Positions 13,201-24,085 of a stretch of DNA of 64,000 bases are shown here, piece after piece. The position numbers and the translations under genes are program-made. The stretch is taken from contig CM119372.1 of the NCBI GenBank assembly GCA_051294905.1, forward strand, positions 38,194,001-38,258,000, written 5' to 3'. Numbering within the stretch: position 1 is the stretch's first letter; each line of letters opens with the position of its first letter. This DNA is from Botryllus schlosseri (taxonomy: Eukaryota). The notes below the pieces were generated by a model. It had not been told where the DNA came from. It made no database searches and saw only the letters and a program-made list of their open reading frames with translations.

Positions 13201-14419
13201 GTTTCGATATCACAAGAACTTTATTGTCTGAATGGGTGTTCATGTATCTTAATAATCAAATAGTTCAACACAGAACTAGTACTAACAGAAACATCAGAGT
13301 TGTTTACACAAAAGTTTGTATATGTGCACAGTATGCGAATACCATGTGTAAGTCCAGCACAATTGCGGTATCCATCCGAGTTTAGTTAACACAAATTTAT
13401 TACAACGGAGTCACGTAAACTTTCGTGAAAGAAAAGCATACTCACTCCTAGAGGGTTATGTCAATGCCATAGCAGTTCCCCAACAGCAAAGTACATATGT
13501 TTTCTAGTCACGGTCCTTACATCTTTCACATAGATCAATCTACTTTGCTAACGAAAAGTGCTGAGTCATCACATGATCGCTCTCACAACAAAACAGCTAG
13601 TAGATATTATCATTCAAAATATTCCTAACCCTTTACACACCAGTAACAAATCATACAACGAATATGTTTTGTGGGTCGAATTGTTGTTCAGTGTCAAGTC
13701 TACCTGTTGAAACGTACATTAAAACAACACAGTCACAATCAAATTAAAACCACGAATCTATTTTCATTTCCTCGCAAACTGTCACATACAGAAAAATAAA
13801 TTTAATTTCCCAAAACATACTTGTAACCAATCGCTTTCATTAAACATACAACACCATAATAGCATTTACTTTCTACAACATAGACATTCCGGTGTAGTCA
13901 AGAAATATTTTTAATAATCAAAATCATCGACTTCTGTTTACGGCGTTAGTGTGTGCATGTCATACACGTGGGTCCGTATTAAAATGGACACGACACGACT
14001 GACTGTAAGGAGATAGAAGTCTATCACATAGATTTACATGTGGTCTTCGCTACGGTTTCAAAAACGAATCATCTCTTTTGCATTGATCTAGACCGAGCAA
14101 GTTAGTTAATGACCATGATTGTGTTTGTCATATGCGAATGATAGGGTTACTGTCAAATCTACATACAGCAATCTTCTGACGATCATAATAGCAATTTCAT
14201 TTTCCGCCCCTTCATAATTGTACAACTCGGTAACTACGTTTAACAAGACCAATCACACTACCAGCGTTGAACACAAGATACCTACCCAAGTAAAAATATC
14301 ATTCTGGTTTGGACAACTGACGTTTACCTGTGTAAAATTATCATTTTCACTTGGAGGTCCACCGTCACCTAACTAAAATACCATTGTCCTTTGGAGATTT
14401 ATCGTTTACCCAGTGTAAC

Positions 14420-14810
14420 AATCCCCTTTTCACTTGGAAATATATTTTTTCTCTTGGTAACAAACCTTTTTCACTTGGAAATATATTTTTTCTCTGGGTA
14501 ACAAACCTTTTTCACTTGGAAATATATTTTTTCTCTTGGTAACAAACCTTTTTCACTTGGAAATATATTTTTTCTCTTGGTAACAAACCTTTTTCACTTG
14601 GAAATATATTTTTTCTCTTGGTAATAAACCTTTTTCACTTGGAAATATATTTTTTCTCTTGGTAACAAACCTTTTTCACTTGGAAATATATTTTTTCTCT
14701 TGGTAACAAACCTTTTTCACTTGGAAATATATTTTTTCTCTGGGTAACAAACCTTTTTTCACTTGGAAATATATTTTTTCCCCGAGCAACAAACCATTTT
14801 CACTTGGCGG
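14420..14810 (+). repeat. 41-bp tandem array (~10 copies)
   Basis: AACAAACCTTTTTCACTTGGAAATATATTTTTTCTCTTGGT, with CACTTGG at 14431, 14472, 14513, 14554 etc. Confidence 0.95.
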
Positions 14811-16754
14811 GTCGTCGTTTACCTTAGTAAAAATATCATTTTCCTTTGGAGATCCGGCGTTTACCTAGTGTAACAATAAATTTTCTCTTGGTCATCTAGC
14901 TTTTCCTAGAGTAACAAAACCATTTTCATTTTGAAATCTGACAAACACACCTGACAATTTGGTATTTGTTGTATTGACGATAGTTTGAAATAGATTACAA
15001 CGAACAGTGACGGAAATATACACGGACTACCGGTTACAGAGTATACCTCCATCAGTCATATCACATCAATATCATCGGTTAACCACATACAATATACTCT
15101 TGTACACAGAAATGTATGTTTCGGAAAATTGGACAATAGGCTTCGATAGTTCTGTGATGTCCGGGTTCGTGCTTTGGATTTTCCAGAGTCAAAATGTCTG
15201 AATAAAACACCTCCTCGACGATGGTTGGTATGCGGAAAACGGTTGGATTTATGTTACCCATCGCGATAACAACTCCAGGTCGAGTTTCCCCCCTGTATGT
15301 TTACTATATTGTGTCTTTATTGGTCAGTGTATGTCTCGACATTCAGTTTGAAATCGGAAACCCTGAGAAAGTACGTAACCGGATCCGGATATCAACTCTG
15401 AATCGATAAACCAATGAACAATATTCAAAGTAAACATGTTACACCCTGTGTTTCCACGAAAAAATACCATCCAGACATACGTCGCGCTTGTTTGCCCACA
15501 ACAGTATACGCGTAAATGGAGGTGTGTGACATTGCATGCAATGTGTTGGTATACAAACATCGGGGAGTAAGCCTTCGATCCACTGACATTATCATAGCCG
15601 GTAGTTTTGATGTAGATCGAATGTCATCACACCCGATAACAATGTCATACCAATAAGCCACATTGCAATGACTCCAAGGAAAAGAAATGTATCGATTTAT
15701 CGGTTTCGTACATATCCAACAAAAACCTGGGTATATGATTGTGCACGGTTCGCATATTTGACTGTGATCACAATATTGGTATGTACTGTACAGTTCACTT
15801 TCACTGTCGTGCGAATAACCCATGTTACGGTTCCATGTTTGTGTGTCTGTATGTCCTGCTTCAGATTGACTCAGAGTCATTGCAATGTGGCTTATTGGTA
15901 TGACATTGTTATCGGGTGTGCTTGATGACATTCGATCTGCATCAAAATTACCGGCTATGACAATGTCTGTGGATCGAAGGCTTACTCCCCGATGTTTGTA
16001 TACCAACACATTGCATGCAATGTCACACACCTCCATTTACGCGTATACTGGTGTGGGCAAACAAGCGCGACGTATGTCTGGATGGTATTTTTTCGTGGGA
16101 ACACAGGGTGTAACATGTTTAGTTTGAATATTGTTCATTGGTTTATCGATTCAGAGTTGATATCCGGATCTGGTTACATACTTATCAGGGTTTCCGATTT
16201 CAAACTGAATGTCGAGACATACATTGACCAATAAAGACACAATATAGTAAACATGCAGGGGAAAACTCGACCTGGAATTGTTATCGCGATTGGTGACATA
16301 AATCCAACCGTTTTCCGAACACCGTTATCCACATACCAACCATCGTCGAGGACGTGTTTTATTCAGACATTTTGACTCTGGAAAATCCAAAGCACGAACC
16401 CGGACATCACAGAACTATCGAAGCCTATTGTCCAATTTTCCAAAACATGCATTTCGGTGTACAAGAGCATACTGTATGTGGTTAACCGATGATATTGATG
16501 TGATACGACTGATGGGGGTATACTCTGAAACCGGTAGTCCGTGTATATTTCCGTCACTGTTCGTTGTAATCTATTTCAAACTATCGTCAATACAACAAAT
16601 ACCAAATTGTCAGGTGTGTTTGTCAGATTTCAAAATGAAAATGGTTTTGTTACTCTAGGAAAAGCTAGATGGCCAAGAGAAAATGTAATGTTACACTGGG
16701 TAAACGCCAGATCTCCAAAGGAAAATGATATTTTTACTCAGGTAAACGACGACC

Positions 16755-17060
16755 CACCAAGTGAAAATGGTTTGTTGCTCAGGGAAAAAATATATTTCCA
16801 AGTGAAAATGGTTTGTTGCTCAGGGAAAAAATATATTTCCAAGTGAAAAAGGTTTGTTGCTCAGGTAAAAAATATATTTCCAAGTGAAAAAGGTTTGTTG
16901 TTCCGGGAAAAAATATATTTCCAAGTGAAAAAGGTTTGTTGTTCAGGAAAAAAATATATTTCCAAGTGAAAAAGGTTTGTTACCCAGGGAAAAAATAGAT
17001 TTCCAAAGGAAAGGGGTTTGTTACCCAGGGACAAAATAGATTTCCAAAGGAAAAGGGGTT
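16755..17060 (-). repeat. Inverted counterpart of the 41-bp array
   Basis: Repeats of CCAAGTGAAAAAGGTTTGTTGCTCAGGGAAAAAATATATTT. Confidence 0.92.
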
Positions 17061-20000
17061 TGTTACTCTGGGAAACGATAGACCCCCAAGTGAAAATGTA
17101 TTGTTACTCCGAGTAAACGATAAATCTCCAAAGGACAATGGTATTTTTACTCAGGTAACGGTTAACCTCCAGGTGAAAATGGAAATTTTACTTGGGTAGG
17201 TATCGTATGTTTAGTGTCGTTGGTATTGTTAAACGTTGTCGCCGGTAGCCGTTGGTATACTATTACGAATGTGAAAAGGATTTGCACGCCCTGTGCTGAG
17301 TATCGCGATAGTGAACATATTTTTCGCGTGACGAAACAAGATCGCTGTTTAAATGTTAATGCGTGCATTTCGACCACTCAGTTGCTGAACACGATAGAAG
17401 AGCCTACAGTGAGACCATTCTGTATGCTTCGATTAAAACCGCAACGGAGACCACTTATGAATCGACTCGAAGTATTTCAACCCTCGTTGTATTTAGTCAA
17501 TTCGAACCAATTTTGATAAAAGTCTCTCAGTATGACTCACACACTAACACCGTACACAGAAGTCGAAGATTGTGATATGGATTATTGAAAATATCTCTCA
17601 ACTACATGTACAACTAAATGGGGGTTTTGATGTTGTAGAAAGTAAACAATTTTATTGAGTTGTGTGTTTGATGAAAGTGATTGGTTACAAGTATGTGTTG
17701 AGGAATGAAAATTTATTTTCTGTACGCGACAGTTTGTGTCAAAATGAAAATAGATTCGTGGTTACAATTGAATCGTGGTTGTGCTGTTCAAATGTACGGT
17801 TCAACACGAAGACTTGACGCTCAACAACAACTCGACAAAACATATCCATTGCACGATTTATCACTGGTGTGCTAAGGGTTAGGAACATTTTTATTACGGA
17901 TCCATCTACCAGTGGTTTTGTTGTGACGGCAATCATGTGATGACTCCGCACTTTTCGTTTGCAAAGTTGGTTGTTTTGTGTGTAAGATTTAGGGACGGTG
18001 ACTAGAAAACATATGTACTCTACTCTGTTGTTGGAGTAACTGGTTTATTGCTATGACATTGCCAGAACCCTCGAGTAGTGACTATGCTTATCTTCTACGA
18101 AAGTTTACGTGACCCGGTGTAATAGATGTGTGTTGACTAAACTAGGATAGATACCGTGGTTGTGCAGGACTCACGCATGGTATTCACATATTGTACATAG
18201 GGCTATACAAACTTTTGTGTAAACAACTCTGATATTTCTTTAAGTAATAGTAGTGTATCGAGCTATGTGAATAATAAGCTACGTTGGATCATTCATGTCA
18301 AAACAGTTTGTAAAGTCTGACTAAGCATTCTTTACTTTGAAAGCGTAGGTAATCATTCTTCAGTTTCGTAGTACCAAAAAATATCGAGTAAGGTCGAGTA
18401 CTTTGTGTGATGTAAATATCTTTCATACTTTTGTACGAGTCGAGGGGATTATCAGTCGTATCATACAAGTAACTATAGTTGACACAAACAAAATGCGCGT
18501 GTATCGTTTTCAAAAGTCAAGAAAGTGAAAATAGTTTTCTGTTACGCTAAAACGTTTGCTATACTAGCATATTTTGTATTCGACAAAACGATGCACGCCG
18601 TTGAAACGATATTGGTCAAAATCCATAATGCGACGAGTCAGTAAAATACACGTTAAGTTCGCTGTGATCTGATTTATTCTTGTGTCACGCAAAAAGCAAC
18701 AATGTACAGTGTGTGTAATTTTGTTGAAATGATTATGAAATAAATAGTAATGACCTGTGTCGGTTGTTACCGTCGATGCATTAGCTTTAATCAAGTAAGT
18801 GATATTCACAAATATGTGTGTCGTTTTGACAACTCAAAGATTTTAGGTCTTGTGACCAGAAAAACGACCCTATAGTTGTGCACGCGTAGAAAATGACTAG
18901 GAGTTCAATCTCAACTAGGAATCGTGTTAGCGGTTGCGTGTTTTTCTTTGATGGTGTGCGTTCTACAAATAATTCCTGTTTACCAATCTAGGATGTATTG
19001 AGCAAACATTCTGCAATATGCTTTTGATGACTTCCTGTGGTTTGGTTTTATGATTACAATTTTAGAAGATTCAAATGATAATTTATGATCACTACTATAA
19101 ACATTGAACATCAATGCAACCACATTTTGTAGTATTCGGAAGCATATGTTTCGATTTTATTAGTGTTAAGAGTTTTCTGTATTACTCAAGCCTAGTTGAA
19201 TAGGAGGTGTCTAGCAAACATATTCCAGTTTGTTTTTGTAATGATCAAAGTGTGTGAGAAATGGTGCGAACGGATTAAGCATTAATCAAGCGGCGGTATG
19301 CCAATTCACACATCTTGACACCGGGGTAATGCGGGTATGTGTTTCAGTTCTTCGTCGCAGATTCCGACAATGAAGTATTGTGCCGGTTTTTAATCAGCAA
19401 ACGAAATTGTTGTTTCATCTTTAGTCTTGGTTACTGGAAACAATTACGTTTGTAAAATATTTTCTGATATCCGCGATACGCAGAGTAATTTGTACCAAGG
19501 TGGAATAATTTTCCAATCAAGAACATTTCAGACACGCATAGTTTTACAACTCAATATGTTAATAACAATGGTACTGAAAAGTTTGTTGCTGTCATAATAA
19601 CCTTTACCACAGCATCGGGTTTAATTACCGTGGATAATTTAATAATCAAGTCTTGATCAACTATTACATATGTCAAATCACTGTGTCAATCCTTGTTTAC
19701 ATCATGATAATTTTCAATATAACGCCTGCGTTTGATCGTGAGAAATAAATTCTTAACTACGTTGGTCAGACTTTCAAATGTCGTATATTCTCAACATATG
19801 CCAATCTCAAGTTGCGTGCACCGAGTAGTAATTACTTTATGTTACACGGTATACCGAGTAGTAATTACTTTCACAGTTGAACAAAAAAGACGAGTTGGCG
19901 GTATATGACTACAACCGAACTTGCTATGGATTTTAGATTGTAGCGATTGTATGTACTTGCGTAATCTTGAGTACTTTCCATACGGATACTGTTGAGTTGA

Positions 20001-21809
20001 TTGGGTGAGTTACAATCGGATTTACGTGACAAGGTTTTTCCTTGTTGACTCTTTGGAGTATGGTAAGATGTTAAAATGTCGAGACGTAATACTATTTCCG
20101 TTAACTCAATTGCAACAAAAAAAAATAACCAGACAGCTTGTTCAAGGTTTCGACAAATAGATTGAAATATTCCGATTTAACTCATCGCGTCGCAACTAGA
20201 TCGTGGTATGCACAAGTGGTTGTCAAGTTCGAAATATTTACAACAGGCGGTATTTCATTGACTGACTCGGTTGTGTGTAGTAACACATTAAAATATCGCG
20301 ATAGTAATTACTGAAACTCTATTTGACAAACGGAAAACTCAGTCGTGAATAGAGTTGTAAGGTTTCATTACTTGTTTCAAATCTAATTCTAAATATGACT
20401 GGATTGAAAGTTGGTAGTCATGTTTGTCAATTTATTTCAATTCAGACTATGTCAAAGTCCAAATATTTCATTTTGGATTATCTGAATTTACCTTTAGTAC
20501 ATCCCGCGAATGGATTCCGACACCGCACTAGAACATTTTTGATATGGACTCAAGGATTTTCAATCAACAATGCCTGAATTTTTTTGGTAATGCTAGAGTT
20601 GGCAAATGATTAGTTGCGTGTTTTTGTTAAGCTTTTGATTTCTCAGTATTAAATACAATTATTGTATACTTGTTATTCCTGATTCTCATTGAGCTAGTTG
20701 GTATTGATGCTATAGGTGTGAAAACAGCGGTGCGGAATGTGTGAATAATCCGATGCGGGCGAATGTTGGCGTCAGTAATATTCAGGTTACGTTCGATTCA
20801 ACAGATCGCGTTAATAGGATTTGTCAAAGGATTTGAGTTGGGTCGAATCAATACATTCAAATACGATTCAACTTGATTTGTGTAGTGAGTTTCATTTCAA
20901 GTTGACAAACTAACGCATTGCTTGAATATTTTCATGGATCTTATCACGCAACTAAAGTCAGCCACTATTCCGGAGGCGTGAAACATATAGCGATCGCGGG
21001 CAAGTGACAAATTGTTGGTTTTCGAATCACCGTCTGCGACGGTTCTGTGACAAACTAATTACCGAAATATTACCTTGTGAGCGGGCATGAGGAATTGCTA
21101 TGTCTGAAGCATTATCCGGTGAGTGGTCGTTGGATTTTAAAATTATATCACACCCTTTTGAATAAGCGTTCACTTCACGAAGGATTAGGGTTAGAGCGGA
21201 AATAAGTGACAATTTGTCGCTATTCAAGTTACCGACACTGGCGGTCTGTTATTCGTTACTTATTAAATCTTACGAGTGAAATCAAGTTCTGTGCCAAACT
21301 GCTTACGAAAATTTCACCGCGTTAGTGATCGATATGCCTGTAACACCAAGTCGCTAAAGATGGTTATGTCCGAGACATAACTATTTCACACCTATTTGAA
21401 GTGTTAATTTGTGACCGTTGTTATTGTTGATATTCGAATCGCCGTCTACGCCGGCTCTGTGGTAAACTAATTACCCAAACATTATCATGCGAGTAATTCC
21501 TAGATTTTGCAAACTATTTTCACGCCTTTTTTGTTGAGAGTACGACATTCCACCTGCAGTCTATAACCGAAAGTACGAATCACCGCCGCGTCCGTAAGAA
21601 TAACGATATATTAAAGTCGCACTCAACGTTTTAAAGTCGCACTCACCGTAAACGTTGGGATAAACCCGAATCCGTCATACATAATAATTTTGAATATACA
21701 CATTAACTAAGGATCAATCACGTGATCAATATACTTCGTAATCAACATCACCTCATGACCGTGCAGCCTATACCAACAACATTAGTTCACTACGACACAA
21801 GAATCTGCG

Positions 21810-22140
21810 GGCACATCATCGCCACAGCATATATCTGAAAGGGTACCATCATCACCACATCGGCACATCATCACCACAGCCTATATCTGAAAGGGTACCA
21901 TCATCACCGCATCCATAAGAACACATAGCACCTCACCACCACAAGGGGGGTCAAAAAGGGTACCATCGCCACCACGAGTTTTCAGGCGCCTCACCGCCGC
22001 AACCTATACCCGAAAGGGTACCATCATCACCGCATCCATAAGAACACATGGCACCTCACCGCCGAGAGGGGGTCTAAAAGGGTGCCATCACCACCACGAG
22101 TTTTCAGGCCCCTCACCACCGCACCCATGAGAACCCCATG
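21810..22140 (-). repeat. Subterminal ~123-bp GC-rich repeats at the right end of element 1
   Basis: Reverse complement of the 123-bp unit at 23170-23600 (GGTACCATC.CCACCACGAGTTTTCAGG). Confidence 0.85.
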
Positions 22141-23169
22141 CAAAAATCACCAATGTGCCAGCGATCGTATATACTACTCACTATCTTTCGATCATGGCCA
22201 ATTATATTAAATTTCAGCGCTCTTGTCGCCAGATCTAGCACTGCAAATTATGCTACTTTGAGATTACTCAGCAAGAAGATACTGTTTGCCCATGCGTAAC
22301 CGCCTGGAGTTGCGTATCTACTATCTATCCGTAGCTTAGTAATCTATAATTATATATCATCGGAGGCCGCACTCTGGTGACCGGTATAGCCAATGCAGTC
22401 GTCGGCCAGAATGATATATATTGGTTGTTTTCGGTGAAAAATCGCTAAATAATCGGTAAATACTTTTTCAAGAATCGCTAGATTTAGCGCTAGGCGCTAG
22501 ATCCATATTTTTTGGCGCCAAACCGGATGAAAAATCGCTAGATCTAGCGCGAAAATCGCTAAATTGGCAACACTGGCCCGGTGCATCCTATCTCGAATGA
22601 TTTTAAGTCGTGACGCAGTGGCGCCAGTAAGTCAATGTCTCTGCAATCACGAATCGCAAAGTCACTTGATTTTAAAAGCACAAAATCCGCAACTAATGGT
22701 TTCAAATTGTAACATGTACCCTCAATGTAAATGTAACTTTCCATAATATTGCAATACGCCATGATTTCGCGGACCCTTTGAGCAAACCAAATAGCACTCT
22801 GGGTGTTGCAGTTTTACATACTCCAAAGATTCTAAACATTTCCTTACGGTAGAAAATGCAGTGTAATATCGAACCAAGAGCTACGTTAACAGCTTACCGT
22901 AGGGCTGATGTCGTTAACAATAACACAGGATCGTCACCGCAACATCTAATAAACAAATTGATCTTAAATATGCATATCACGTCGTGCCGTTTGTATATAC
23001 GAGGACAAAGCCACCAGAATTCAACCGGAAACTCCGTCGGAGGCCCTGTATATAGTATAGCATAGTTCGACAGTCAGTGACCGACTGTTGGCCTGCAAGA
23101 AATTGAAGTACTATTCACTTATCGTTAGTAGTATAGTAGATCGCACAACCGGTGGCAGGGGCTCTTATG

Positions 23170-23620
23170 GGCGCGGCAGTGATGTGCCTGAAAACCCGGG
23201 GTGGTGATGGTACCCTTTTTGACCCCCCTTGTGGTGGTGATGTGCCATGTGTTCTTATGGATGCGGTGATGATGGTACCCTTTCTGGTATAGGCTGCGGT
23301 GATGATGTGCCTGAAAACCCGGGGTGGTGATGGTACCCTTTTAGACCCCCCTTGTGGTGGTGATGTGCCATGCGTTCTTATGGGTGCGGTGATGATGGTA
23401 CCCTTTCAGATATAGGCTGCGGTGATGATGTGCCTGAAAACCCGGGGTGGTGATGGTACCCTTTTTGACCCCCCTTGCGGTGGTGATGTGCCATGTGTTC
23501 TTATGGATGCGGTGATGATGGTACCCTTTCTGGTATAGGCTGCGGTGATGATGTGCCTGAAAACCCGGGGTGGTGATGGTACCCTTTCAGACCCCCATGT
23601 GGTGATGATGTGCCTATGTG
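23170..23620 (+). repeat. 123-bp tandem repeat (~3.5 copies)
   Basis: CCTGAAAACCCGGGG recurs at 23187, 23310, 23433 and 23556. Confidence 0.93.
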
Positions 23621-23769
23621 GTGATGATGGTACACTTTCAGATATATGCTGTGGCGATGATGTGCCCACGGATTCTTGTGTCGTAGTGAACTAACGTTGT
23701 GGATATAGGCCGCGGCGATGATGTGCCTGTCATGTATTCTTACGGGATCTGTGGTGACTCGCCATGTGT

Positions 23770-24085
23770 TCTTATGGGTGCGGTGGCGAGCGGCTATTGC
23801 GTCTTATGGCGGGGGTGGCGAGCGGCTCTTATTTCTTATGGCGGGGGTGGCGAGCGGCTCTTATTTCTTACGACGGAGGTGGCAAGCGGCTCTTATGGGT
23901 GCGGTGGTGAGGTGCCTGAAAACTCGTGGTGGCGAGCGGCTCTTATGTCTTATGGGCGCGGTGGCGAGCGGCTATTGCGTCTTATGGCGGGGGTGGTGAG
24001 CGGCTCTTATGTCTTATGGGCGCGGTGGCGAGCGGCTATTGCGTCTTATGGCGGGGGTCGCAAGCGGCTCTTATGTCTTGTGGTG
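23770..24085 (+). repeat. 32-bp G-rich minisatellite
   Basis: CTTATGGCGGGGGTGGCGAGCGGCTCTTATTT-type units. Confidence 0.9.

Larger units (their letters stand above)
9859..22178. mobile_element. Giant fold-back element 1; putative non-autonomous Polinton/Maverick derivative
   Basis: Starts AGTAGTATATAGGATCG and ends CGATCGTATATACTACT (inverted). The arms are reverse complements around a loop at 15675-15873. No polymerase, integrase or capsid ORF recognised. The palindrome is seen directly; the Polinton assignment is inferred from the (AGT)n termini. Confidence 0.65.

Noticed and set aside
14420..14810. CRISPR-like array
   Set aside because: Contiguous 41-bp units without unique spacers, no cas genes, eukaryotic context.
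15425..16036. 203-aa ORF as a functional gene
   Set aside because: It spans the fold-back centre, so it reads antisense of one arm and then sense of the other. It is likely a chimeric by-product.
9853..22184. 6-bp TSD for element 1
   Set aside because: Flanks TACTGC vs CACTAT match at only 3/6 positions (the differences are transitions), so a TSD cannot be claimed. This weakens the Polinton call.
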